A DNA stretch of 64,000 nucleotides, from assembly GCA_963702095.1 (NCBI GenBank), contig OY969706.1, forward strand, positions 1,472,001-1,536,000, given 5' to 3'. The stretch is from Candidatus Bathyarchaeota archaeon. Lineage in GTDB: Archaea; Thermoproteota; Bathyarchaeia; Bathyarchaeales; Bathycorpusculaceae. The position numbers and the translations under genes were made by a program. The notes beneath the pieces are model-generated. The model was given only the letters and a program-made list of their open reading frames with translations. It ran no database searches and was not told the origin of the DNA. This document shows positions 40,401 to 50,595 of the stretch, one piece after another. Position 1 is the stretch's first letter. The number at the start of each line of letters is the position of its first letter.

Positions 40401-42025
40401 GGGTGTCTCTCCACTGTTTGCGTCTACGTTTGCCGCTTTTAGGTGGACCTTCACGGCGGGGTTTTGGCGTGACTGGGCGCTGCTGGTTTTCTGCTGGTGG
40501 CGCTTCCTGTCTGGGTTTTTGCTCGAATGAGCGTCGTGGTGGAGCTTGCTCGTCTCTTGGCCGTTCCTCATGTCTTGGCTTCTGCTGGAATGAGGGTCGT
40601 GGAGCTTGTTGGTTTCTTGGCGTTTCTTCATGTCGGGGAGGCTGTTGGAAAGAGCGCTGTTGTGGTGAAGCCTGTTCCTCTCGTGGGGGTTCTTGGGGTC
40701 GTGGTTTCTGCTGGAACGCTGGTCTTAGACCTTCTCTGGGCGGTTGACGGTACGTAAAGCGCTGTTCACCTCTATCCTCGAAGCGTCTTCCTCCGCCTTC
40801 CCTGCGTTGACCACCTTCGCGGTAGCCGAAGCCTTCGCGTTTCTCTTTAGGCTTGGCTTCTTTTGGCGGCGGAGGCTCCTTATACTTCTCACGGATTTCC
40901 TCAACGCGCTTGTTAATGTCCTCTTTTAATTTGTCGCCGATGAAGTGTCCTTCACCGAATGCGTCGGCGCGGGCGGCAATGGCGAGTTTGCCTGCTATGA
41001 CGCGTGCGATTTTTCCCCGCTGCCACCGCTTAGCGTCATGCAAAAGCGTGTGCTGGAAAATCAAGCCGTGCTTCGGCGGACGTGCCCCAGTTTTGAGTGA
41101 GCGAAACAAAGCTTTTTCTGCGCCCAACACTTGGATGGTGCTGGCGGGTCGCATAGCAAGGTTCTGTAGGCTACCGGCGATGGCAATCATGCGGGCGCCC
41201 AGGAGTGCTCCAGCGACTGCTCGGATGTTTGGCGCCATCTCCTCCATGGTTTTATCCACGTATTCCTCCATGTTTTTGCGCAGGCTATAGAAGGCTAGGA
41301 CGTCTTTGGCTAAGGCTTGCACCTGCTCCAAGTCGCCCTCGGAGATGTCAGCGCCCATCGATGAATCCGCCGCTTTAGCGACGAGTTGAGTGCGCTCTTT
41401 GGGGATGCCCTCATTCTCCAAGTGTTCAGTGGTAAAGTTGTCTCTGCCGCCCAAATTCATGACGAGCCGAGCGTAAGTTTCATGTTTCTCTATTAGGCGG
41501 TCGAGTTCGGGGAAGTATACGCCGTACCATTCGCGGAGCCTGCCCATGAAGAGGTTGACGGTTTGGTCAAGGCTGTCCAAGGTTTGGATGCTTTGTGCAA
41601 CGATTAAGTCACGTTTGCCTGTGGCCCCTTTTTATTCGGAGTTTGGCGAGTTCCATGCTGACGTTGCGGTTCCAGATGTCGAGTTCCTGCTGGTCCGCGG
41701 CAAAACCTGATTCCAAGGCGACATCGCTCATGCGTGAACTCAAAACAGCGGATTCCGAGGGTTTAGCAACTTCGACGGTTACTTTGAGTTTACGCTGGGC
41801 TTCCTCTGCCAAATTAGCGTTGCCAAAAACGAACACGTCGTAACCCACGTTTTTTAAGAGGGTAACCAAGGAGGTAGTTTGGTCGGATAGTTTGCCGGTT
41901 TCGGTGCGGAGCAAGCTTTTTGCTGCTGCCTGCGGTTTCTTCGGAAACAGCGCCTTCTCTACGAGTTGGTTTTTGTCGTCGAAGGCTGCTACGCCAAAGG
42001 GAAACTGTACGATGAATGCTTTCAT
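40384..42025 (-). CDS. nop5: C/D box RNP subunit Nop5 (Nop56/58), split by a one-base insertion at about 41630
   Basis: LREWY..FPEL, PASTIQVLGAEKALF, PPKHG; removing one base joins MKAFIV..LRIK to GATGKRDLIVAQSIQTLD. Confidence 0.92.
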
Positions 42026-42138
42026 GCTATTGTGCCCCGATAAACTAACAGTATGTCCACTGTTTGAGTTAATAAAGGGTTTCTCTGCGTGGCCTTCAAC
42101 ATTCACGAAGAAAACGCCTAATGCCTCAAGTAGGCGGG

Positions 42139-43110
42139 TTAGAGCAGCGCGGCGAACACGTTTGCGGGCCAAGACCGAAAAGAGGGCACCAAAAACAAGT
42201 CCACCCGATCAATATCAGGAATCTGATAGATGCTATACATCATCTCAAAATAAGCTTCGAAACTCTCAAAAACCACATGCGCAAACATGTCGTAGGCGCC
42301 TATATACTTCACAAGCAAAATCACATTAGGCGTCTTTAGCAACTGAGCTTCTACCTCGAGCATCTTGCTTTTATTGGCAAGTTTAATAACCATAAAAGCC
42401 CCCGCATGATATCCCAACTTGTTGAGGTCAACCATTATGGTGGATAGGGTGAACAGGTTTCCTTTGAGCCGCTTGTAGCGTTCAATCACATTCTTGGTTG
42501 AAATGCCCAGTTGAGTAGCAATTTGCCGAAAAGGAATCCTAGCTTGAAACACAAGTGCCTTAGCGATTTTGCGGTCGGTTTCATCCAACTCAACCGTGGT
42601 CTGTTTAAGCTGAGGGGGGCTGTAGTCGAGTTTGCCCCTGAAGGGTTTAATCACGAGGTTTTCGGGGTGCTGAGGAATCGAAGAGTTTTCGGAGAGCAGA
42701 ACGGCGTCGGCGGTTTTGATGTATGGGCTGGCTTCGAATTCTCTTTGCAGTTTGCTGATTTCTTCTAGGTTGTGGAAGGCTACTTCTGGAATCCACAGGT
42801 TGTAAACGCCAAAGCGCCTGCCGATGAGGGGGCGGGGGAGTTTTAGTTGTAAGAATTTTATTGCTTTCTCTTCGTTTTCTTTGCTGGTTACGATTCCGAT
42901 TAAGCTGACGTACTTGTAGCCTAAACTGAAAGGGTTAACCAGCATTGTTTCGCCGGCGATTACTCCTTCTCTATGTAGGCGCTTGTAACGCATTCGTGTG
43001 GCGACTACGCTGATGTTGCATTCTTTTGCGAGGTTTGTGAAACTTGTGCGTGAATCGAGGAGGAGTCGTTTTAGTATTATTGAGTCGATTTCATCGATGT
43101 TGGGTTGCAA
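42139..43110 (-). CDS. Lrp/AsnC transcriptional regulator with tandem HTH-RAM duplication
   Basis: IDEIDSIIL..DSRTSF and LDETDRKIA..ARIPF repeats. Confidence 0.88.
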   Translation of the reverse strand: MQPNIDEIDSIILKRLLLDSRTSFTNLAKECNISVVATRMRYKRLHREGVIAGETMLVNPFSLGYKYVSLIGIVTSKENEEKAIKFLQLKLPRPLIGRRFGVYNLWIPEVAFHNLEEISKLQREFEASPYIKTADAVLLSENSSIPQHPENLVIKPFRGKLDYSPPQLKQTTVELDETDRKIAKALVFQARIPFRQIATQLGISTKNVIERYKRLKGNLFTLSTIMVDLNKLGYHAGAFMVIKLANKSKMLEVEAQLLKTPNVILLVKYIGAYDMFAHVVFESFEAYFEMMYSIYQIPDIDRVDLFLVPSFRSWPANVFAALL

Positions 43111-43297
43111 GCGCCTTCTCCATGTAGTTTTTTTGTTTAGGTATAAAACCGTATGACTTAAGGCTTTCTGGGTTAAAAGCGATAGCTTTCATGGTCATTA
43201 TTATTTAATTTATTTCCTTACATGGCATGTTTTACACAAAATTTAAATTGGCTACCAACCGATAACGCATCCAGTGTACTTTAGGAGAATAAAAAAC

Positions 43298-45895
43298 ATG
43301 CAAAAAATAAAAACAAACAAAGCCATAATGATACTTTTGACACTCTTCCTCGTCGTAATAATCACAGATACACTAGCCCCACTGCAACCCACAAACGCAT
43401 CAGACCCCCCATCGACAACCTCAACCTGGTGCTACGTAGCCGTCTCACTGAACCCAACAGGCGTTAACCAAACAATGCTCATCTACGGATGGACCGACGT
43501 CATTCCACCCGCAGTCGCATACGGTGATTGGCACTACTACGTGGACATAACTGACCCCGACGGAGTCAAAACAACCACTGGACCCATAGTCTCAGACACA
43601 GCAGGCTCAGGATACATGTATTTCACACCAACAAAAATCGGCCAATACACAATCCAAACTCGATTCGCCGGCACAACTATCCCGCCGCACTCACCACTAC
43701 AAGCAGGCAGCCCAGGACAACCAATGCGCGACTTAAGCAACGACACCTACAAACCTTCAACCAGCGATGTACTAACACTAGTTGTACAAGCAGACCAAAT
43801 CGACTCGTACGTGGACACTCCTCTACCAACCGACTACTGGACCCGCCCAGTAAACGCCATCAACAGAAACTGGGTGCAAATCATGGGCAACTGGCTTGGA
43901 ACAGTTTCAGGAGCCCAAGTTAACGGTCCAACAACAGACTACGCATACGGCTCTGGCCCAGAAACAGCTCATGCAATGTGGTCAAAACCCTACTGGAACG
44001 GAGGCATCGTCGACCCAAGAGTAGGCAGCAACCGCTCAATCGACTACTACGGTGGCTTAGTATACGAAACATATGGGCTCTGGCCACCCATCATAATGAA
44101 CGGGCACCTCTACTACAACGTCTACACTCCCCCCCGAGAAGGATGGTACTGCGTCGACCTATACACCGGAGAAACCAACTACTTCCACAACACCACTGGC
44201 AAATTCACTGACATGAGCATGATGGGCACATATCCAACAGGACTTGAAGGCGAACGATTGGCGTTTGGCGAAAACCTCTTCTACGAAAACCCCAACATGG
44301 TCGGCGGCTTCGCTTATCTTTGGTCTACCGGCAGCCCAGCGCAAGGAATGCACGGCGGAATCGGCACACCTACAGCCAACTGGATGCTATTTGACGAGTT
44401 CACTGGAAACTACATCTGCTCAATCGCTAACGTATCGACTGGCGGCACATTGAAGGCAGATCAATGGGGTGGCGTAGTAAGCTACAAAATCACTGGAACA
44501 GGAGCCAACCAACGACTACTCATATGGAACTCAACATTAACAATGCAGGTACCCTATGGTTCAGGATTCTATAGACCCCAAAACATCACATACGATGGCA
44601 ACCTCGGCTACTCAATCAACAAGACCATTTCTCCGTCGATAGGAACAGGGCAGACAACAATCAGAACCATACGAGTTGACGACGCAATCTATGGCGGAAG
44701 CACAGGCACCAATAACGAGCAAGTACAAACGCCAGGCGTGCTTTGGAAGATGAGCCTCAAACCAGGAGAAGAAGGCACTATCGTCTGGAACAAAACCTTT
44801 ACACCACCCTCTATGGCAGGCAACAGGACAATAACTCAAGCGCAAGTGGACCCAGAAGACGGCATATTCCTCTTCAAAAGCGTACAGGACAGAAAATGGT
44901 TTGCCTACAGCTTAGACACCATGCAGCCAATCTGGGAAAGCGATCCTGAATCTGCATGGAACTTCTACGGCATGAGCAACAACATCTACCAAGGCAAAAT
45001 GTTGACTTGGGGCTACGGCGGCGAACTACTCTGCTACAACGTAAAAACAGGCGATATCCTATGGAACTACACCTCTAACTCAATCGGCACAGAAAGCTGG
45101 TATGGCAATGTTCCAATCTCAGGCGGCGTCATCGCAGACGGCAAAATCTACATCTACTCAACCGAGCACTCACCCAGCCAACCATACAGACGAGACGCAA
45201 TGATAAAATGCGTCAACATCAGTAACGGCCAAGAAATCTGGAACGCCACCCACTGGGCAATCAACGCAGCAATTTCAGACGGATACCTAGTCGCCCTCAA
45301 CTACTATGACAACAGCATCTACTGCTACGGCAAAGGACCAAGCGCCACAACAGTCACCGCTGATCCGAAGGTTTCCATAAACGGCGGCAGCGTACTAGTT
45401 GAAGGTACAGTAACGGATCAATCGCCAGGTGGAAGACAGGACAGCAGCGGCAACGTAGTTAAAGCCCTAAAAGACAGCCCCGCAATCGCCGATGAATACA
45501 TGGGTAAATGGATGGATTACTGGTATGCACAGCGCCCTATGCCTCAAGACGCAAAAGGCGTTGAAGTAAGCATAAGCGTCATTGACCCCAATGGCAACTA
45601 CAAAGAAATCGACACTACAACCAGTGACTCAACAGGCAAATATGGACTCGCTTTCATCCCAGAAGTCCCAGGTCAATATGAGATCATTGCTAACTTTGCA
45701 GGATCCAAAGCTTATGGACCATCGTTTGCAACCACTTTCATAAACGTCGATGATGCACCAACCCCAGCCCCAACCGCATTACCGCTCCAAGCAGCAGACA
45801 ACACTATGACTATTGTAGGCTCTACAGTTGCAATAATCATTGCAATCGCTATCGTAGGTATAATCCTTGCATTTATTGTCAGGAAACGACCATAA
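43298..45895 (+). CDS. PQQ-binding-like beta-propeller surface protein, C-terminally anchored
   Basis: Signal peptide, YWTRP, TG.ILWNY, IADGKIY, YDNSIYCYGKGPS, C-terminal TM + RKRP. Confidence 0.85.
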   Translation: MQKIKTNKAIMILLTLFLVVIITDTLAPLQPTNASDPPSTTSTWCYVAVSLNPTGVNQTMLIYGWTDVIPPAVAYGDWHYYVDITDPDGVKTTTGPIVSDTAGSGYMYFTPTKIGQYTIQTRFAGTTIPPHSPLQAGSPGQPMRDLSNDTYKPSTSDVLTLVVQADQIDSYVDTPLPTDYWTRPVNAINRNWVQIMGNWLGTVSGAQVNGPTTDYAYGSGPETAHAMWSKPYWNGGIVDPRVGSNRSIDYYGGLVYETYGLWPPIIMNGHLYYNVYTPPREGWYCVDLYTGETNYFHNTTGKFTDMSMMGTYPTGLEGERLAFGENLFYENPNMVGGFAYLWSTGSPAQGMHGGIGTPTANWMLFDEFTGNYICSIANVSTGGTLKADQWGGVVSYKITGTGANQRLLIWNSTLTMQVPYGSGFYRPQNITYDGNLGYSINKTISPSIGTGQTTIRTIRVDDAIYGGSTGTNNEQVQTPGVLWKMSLKPGEEGTIVWNKTFTPPSMAGNRTITQAQVDPEDGIFLFKSVQDRKWFAYSLDTMQPIWESDPESAWNFYGMSNNIYQGKMLTWGYGGELLCYNVKTGDILWNYTSNSIGTESWYGNVPISGGVIADGKIYIYSTEHSPSQPYRRDAMIKCVNISNGQEIWNATHWAINAAISDGYLVALNYYDNSIYCYGKGPSATTVTADPKVSINGGSVLVEGTVTDQSPGGRQDSSGNVVKALKDSPAIADEYMGKWMDYWYAQRPMPQDAKGVEVSISVIDPNGNYKEIDTTTSDSTGKYGLAFIPEVPGQYEIIANFAGSKAYGPSFATTFINVDDAPTPAPTALPLQAADNTMTIVGSTVAIIIAIAIVGIILAFIVRKRP

Positions 45896-46232
45896 AACAA
45901 GGAGGATAAACAATCCTCTACTCCCCTTTTTATTTCAAAGCACAAGAACGGGCTGAGAAGGCTGAGGATAAACTAATCGAGTCGCGAGTGAATGGTTGTG
46001 CATTTCCATTCTGTCCCCCTCAAAATCCGAAGCCTCAGCAAACCCAAACTTTCAAACCAAAGCAGCATAGACAAACTCAAACCTTAAAAACAGCCTTTAA
46101 AATAATAGCGTCGGGGTAGCAGTATGGAAGCGGTTCGCCAACATACCCAGCGATTGAAACTCGAGTGGACAGTTAAGTTTTTACAATTCCAAGCTAACTT
46201 TCAGGGGTTAACTACTTCAAGGATATAGTCGA

Positions 46233-47510
46233 ATGGAAAACCAGCAAAAAGGCACAAGTACCACAGCGAATGCAGTAGGTGAAGTGCTTAACCCAAGTGA
46301 GAAAGCAAAACCCTCAAAACATTTTCTCCTTGGACTACTCGCGGCAACATTCGCAGTTAGTGTCGTAGACGTCTTTGCGCCTCTACTCTACCCTGAAATA
46401 GCTCAAACATTCAACATTCAGGTAGGCACTGCGGTCCAACTCAGCGCCTTTAGCGCCGTCGCTGGAATCGTAACGGGGTTTGCCTTAAGCGTCTTTAGCA
46501 TCAAAGTACGGTACAAAACGCTGCTCATGGCTGGCGTGTTCTGCATCGTAATTTGTGCCCTCGGCGTTTTTTTAGCGCCCACTTTTCTTTTAGCCCAAAT
46601 ATTCTACTCCTTAAATGGCGTAGGCTCGGTGATTGTGGGAGTGATGTCCTCAACCCTTATCGGTGAACTCTACCCCTTAGAGAAAAAAGCGATAAGGATA
46701 AGCTGGGTTTTTGTCACGGCTCAATTTGCATTTTTGGTTGGGAACCCAATTACCGGTTACATCGCCGGTGCTGGGGAAACCGTAGATTGGCATTCAGCTC
46801 TGCTATGGTTCACAGTTCCCGTGACAGCAGCAAGCTTGGTACTTGTATATTTCTTGGTTCCTTCAAAGCCAATCGTGTCTTTGAATCTGAAAAAAGAGCC
46901 CTTCATAAACGGCTTGAAGGAGGTTTTGGGAAACAAATCGGCTGTAATATGCCTGACCTATAGTTTCTCGATCGGAATGTTGGTTGCCAGCAACATTTTT
47001 GCTTCTTCCTTCATGAAAACCACCTTTGCATTCACACCCTTCACGCGGGGGCTGGTCCCAGCCATCGGAACACTGCTCATCATTGCAGGGACATTAGCCG
47101 GTGGCTTACTCATCAACAAAGCAGGAAGAAAACGGCTTACACTGGTTTCGTCTGTGCCGACAATAGTTCTCTCAACAGCCGCCTATGCACTGATGATTTA
47201 CACGCCCGATGTTACCCTCTTTTTGGCGTTACGGTGGATATCTGGTTTTCTGGCAGGCTTCTTATCCATCGCAGGCGCCAATTTAGCGTTAGAACAAGTG
47301 ACCGAATACAGGGGAACGATGATGTCGCTTAATTCAGCGTTTAGCGGGTCCGGCGGGGCATTCGGCGCCCTTTTCGGGGGAGCATTAATCAACTATTTCA
47401 GCGACCCTATGGTGGGTTATCCGTTGTTGATGGTGATTTTCGGAGCCGTAGGCATCGTGGGCTCTGCACTTATCCACTTTGCCAAGGACCCAAATGAAAA
47501 CAAAAGTTAG
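46233..47510 (+). CDS. MFS transporter
   Basis: 12 TM; NKAGRKRL loop motif, EQVTEYRGTMMS. Confidence 0.9.
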   Translation: MENQQKGTSTTANAVGEVLNPSEKAKPSKHFLLGLLAATFAVSVVDVFAPLLYPEIAQTFNIQVGTAVQLSAFSAVAGIVTGFALSVFSIKVRYKTLLMAGVFCIVICALGVFLAPTFLLAQIFYSLNGVGSVIVGVMSSTLIGELYPLEKKAIRISWVFVTAQFAFLVGNPITGYIAGAGETVDWHSALLWFTVPVTAASLVLVYFLVPSKPIVSLNLKKEPFINGLKEVLGNKSAVICLTYSFSIGMLVASNIFASSFMKTTFAFTPFTRGLVPAIGTLLIIAGTLAGGLLINKAGRKRLTLVSSVPTIVLSTAAYALMIYTPDVTLFLALRWISGFLAGFLSIAGANLALEQVTEYRGTMMSLNSAFSGSGGAFGALFGGALINYFSDPMVGYPLLMVIFGAVGIVGSALIHFAKDPNENKS

Positions 47511-47571
47511 CCGGCAAAAAATGCTATGCAGCACCCAAAATCAAAAGGAGATTGCCTGGAAAACAGGCGGT

Positions 47572-48684
47572 TTATAGACGGAATTTTCGTTTACTTGGCA
47601 CTTCAGAGCCAAACTCCTTAGAAAGCTGCTCCAGTAGCGCCCTCTGGTTAGGAGACAATTTTTCAGGAACCGCTATGCCGATACGTACAAGCAAATCGCC
47701 GTGCCCATACCCCCTGAACCGCGGCATGCCTTTACCCCGCAGAGTAACAACTTCACCCATCTGGGTTCCCGCATGAACCCTCACGTTCACCGGTCCATCG
47801 AGTGTCGGCACTGAGATGTCTGCTCCCAACGCTGCCTGCGGATAAGATATCATAGCCACATGCCACAGGTTGTCGCCGTCCCGAATGAACTGCGGGTGCT
47901 GTCTAATGTGGACAATAACGTAGAGGTCGCCGGGTTCACCGTTTACGTCGGTCATTTCGCCTTCGCCGCGGAGCCTTAGCTGGAAGCCTTCGTCGATGCC
48001 TTCGGGAATTTTGACGGTGATTTTTCTGCGTTTACGCATCAAGCCTGAGCCGTGGCAGTTGCTGCAGGGGGTTTCGACGAGTTTACCTCTGCCTTTGCAT
48101 GTTGGGCAGACGGAGACTTGCATGTAGGTGGCAAAGCCGACTTTATGCATGTTCTGTACTCTACCTTGACCGCCGCATCTGGGACAGGTTTTCACCTGTG
48201 TTCCCGGTTGAGCGCCTGAGCCGCCGCATACTTCACAGCGTTCGGTACGCGGAATTTCCATTTCGCGCTCTGTACCTTTGGCGGCGTCTTCAAGTGTAAT
48301 TTCTAAGTCGACTGCTACATCTTGCCCTCGACCGCGTTCCTCGTAACCGCCGAATCCTCCGCCGCCGAAAATTGTGCGGAATAAGTCTCCGAATCCCATG
48401 TCACGGAAAATAGAGTCAAAGTCTGCCCCTCGGAAAATGTCTTCGCTGGTGTATTGTTGGTCAAAGCCTGTGTGTCCAAGCTGGTCGTATTTGGAGCGTT
48501 TTTGGTCGTCGCTTAAGACGGCGTATGCTTCGCTGATTTCTTTGAATTTGTCTTCAGCATCCGCTGCTTTGTTGCGGTCTGGGTGGTATTGCATCGCCAG
48601 TTTCCGGTAGGCGTCTTTGATTTGGTCTTTGTTTGCGCCTTTCTGTACACCAAGAACTTCGTAGTAATCTCGTTTTTCAGCCAT
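47572..48684 (-). CDS. dnaJ: Chaperone DnaJ
   Basis: J domain HPD, G/F region, four CxxCxGxG repeats. Confidence 0.98.
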   Translation of the reverse strand: MAEKRDYYEVLGVQKGANKDQIKDAYRKLAMQYHPDRNKAADAEDKFKEISEAYAVLSDDQKRSKYDQLGHTGFDQQYTSEDIFRGADFDSIFRDMGFGDLFRTIFGGGGFGGYEERGRGQDVAVDLEITLEDAAKGTEREMEIPRTERCEVCGGSGAQPGTQVKTCPRCGGQGRVQNMHKVGFATYMQVSVCPTCKGRGKLVETPCSNCHGSGLMRKRRKITVKIPEGIDEGFQLRLRGEGEMTDVNGEPGDLYVIVHIRQHPQFIRDGDNLWHVAMISYPQAALGADISVPTLDGPVNVRVHAGTQMGEVVTLRGKGMPRFRGYGHGDLLVRIGIAVPEKLSPNQRALLEQLSKEFGSEVPSKRKFRL

Positions 48685-48843
48685 GCGGTTTACCGTAAAG
48701 AGTATTTTTTGAGCTTTCATAGAATGGTTTGGACTTGGATTTAAGGTATTTCCCTGTTTAAACGGTGTTTTTTGGCATTGAATGGCTATCGTTGCAGAGT
48801 TAAGCGGATACTTTGGGAGAGAGGGCTTTGTTGCGCTCCAAGG

Positions 48844-48955
48844 ACCCCTCCCCTATAGGTTCCTGCATAGATATCCTAATAGGATCCAAATATGTCCACG
48901 TAGGCTCTACCTCTCTATGGTTTTAACATAGAACCTCTAATAGGCCCCAAATATG
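48844..48955. repeat. Degenerate tandem duplication (about 50-bp unit, about 61-bp period)
   Basis: cctcccctataggtt..catag..taatagg..ccaaatatg twice. Confidence 0.65.
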
Positions 48956-49005
48956 ATGGGCCTCAGCGATGCTACAGTCAGCTCGTAAAGGGAGTTTATT
49001 CTAAA

Positions 49006-50334
49006 TTAGAAAGCGGTACGTTCAAAGAAATCTTTCTTTTTCATAAACTTCTTGAGAAACTTGTAGAAAGGCCTTGACACTCGGTAGAGAGTTTTCCTGT
49101 TTTTTACGAACCGCTTGAAATTTAAACTATCATTTGTTTTAACAGAGTGCTCGAGAAATGCTCGCTCTTCACCGGAGAAGCGGTTTTTTATTTCTTTTTC
49201 TAACTCGCCCTTCATGAAAGAGCCTGCTGAGAAGGTTACGATTTTCCACCAAAAGGGGTCGTCATTGGACTGCTTGAATTCATCGAAAAAGGCATTGAAG
49301 CCTTCATGGTCGCTTATTGAGAGATAACGGATTTTTGAGTACAGAATGCGCATCTCGTCTGATTTTAAGAAGGGCTTTTGATTTAATACCTTGAAGTAAA
49401 ATTTTGAGGCTTCATTGTGTTTTAGAATTTCATCGTAGTATAGCGCTGCGTGGAAATCTGAGGTTAACTTTCCGTATGCGTCCAAGGTTTCAACGTCATA
49501 TTTGCGGGAGTTTTCGTTTTTTTGGCATACAGCGTGGAGCCATTCTAGTTTGCGCCTCTCAGGCAAAGAAAACTCTGGGGGTTGAGAGCCTAATTCTTCC
49601 TCGACTGAGCAATGCTCCATCCATTCCACCAAGAAGATGTTGGCAAGGTGATTTTCAACAAAATCCTTATCAACTATAGTGGTCTCGCAGCAATCGATAA
49701 AACTGGAGTTGAAAAAGACTGATAGGAAGAATTTTCCGTTTGGTTTGAGCACTCTGTTTATTTCTAGCATTGTTTTCAAGGGGTTATTTACGTGGTCTAA
49801 ACTGTTACGGGAATAAACTATGTCTGCATAGTTGTCTTGAAAAGGCAGGGCTTCTGTGGTTGAGGCAATATGTTTTATGGGACCATCCGTAGCCTGGTCT
49901 TCAGCCATTTCGGGGTAAAGTTTGATGTATTCATGCGCAATATGATCAACGTTAAACTTGAAGTTCGAGCGCACATGGGGAATATCATCGCCCATTCCGC
50001 CGCCTAAACAAATTATCCGTGAATTTTCATCCACAGTGGTTTTATCTAATTTGCCTTCAAGCCATTTTGGCGTTGTAAAATTCGGCTGCTTTCTTTTATG
50101 TGAAGTAACTTTGTGATCGTGGCTTACATATTTTGATAGTACGGAGTCAAGTTCAGCTTGTTGATGCTCATCAAGGTTACTGGGCAGAAAACATGGAACT
50201 TTGTTTATGATTGGATAGCTGTTGTGGCAACTCTCGCACTGCATTGAAGAATCGGTAACTGTTAGTTTTCCCCTGCAGGATGGGCAGGCTAGATTTTGCT
50301 CCCAATGCTGGTTCGCGTGTGTATTTTTATCCAG
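49006..50334 (-). CDS. Class I SAM methyltransferase with N-terminal Trm112-like Zn knuckle (start probably CTG at 50334; first ATG at 50244)
   Basis: LACPSC..CESC..YPI..VP; CLGGGMG, ALPFQDNYAD, LDHV, RVLKPNG. Confidence 0.8.
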   Translation of the reverse strand: MDKNTHANQHWEQNLACPSCRGKLTVTDSSMQCESCHNSYPIINKVPCFLPSNLDEHQQAELDSVLSKYVSHDHKVTSHKRKQPNFTTPKWLEGKLDKTTVDENSRIICLGGGMGDDIPHVRSNFKFNVDHIAHEYIKLYPEMAEDQATDGPIKHIASTTEALPFQDNYADIVYSRNSLDHVNNPLKTMLEINRVLKPNGKFFLSVFFNSSFIDCCETTIVDKDFVENHLANIFLVEWMEHCSVEEELGSQPPEFSLPERRKLEWLHAVCQKNENSRKYDVETLDAYGKLTSDFHAALYYDEILKHNEASKFYFKVLNQKPFLKSDEMRILYSKIRYLSISDHEGFNAFFDEFKQSNDDPFWWKIVTFSAGSFMKGELEKEIKNRFSGEERAFLEHSVKTNDSLNFKRFVKNRKTLYRVSRPFYKFLKKFMKKKDFFERTAF

Positions 50335-50595
50335 AGAGGTCCCTTTGCCCTTGATTTTATTGCTTTTTTATGCTTTGAATAGCTTTGAATAATATTAATT
50401 GATTTCCTTTTTGTCCACCATTTTACCGAGAAATAAAAAGAAGATAAAATTCTCAAGAATAAAACAGATTCACAAACCCTTTTCTAAGAAAGATATGCGA
50501 GTGGACAAACCATTTGAGGATCAAGTTTCCAAAATAACCAATGCCAAGTGCCAAAAGTCTAAGAAAAATAAAAAGAAAAAGTTGGGTAGATAGAG

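Noticed and set aside
40401-40631. Repeat-rich N-terminal extension of fibrillarin in the ORF track
   Set aside because: It is an alternative-frame read of the Nop5 tail repeats; homology starts near GTG 40400
48844-48955. Possible mini CRISPR array
   Set aside because: Only two degenerate units, spacer too short, no cas genes
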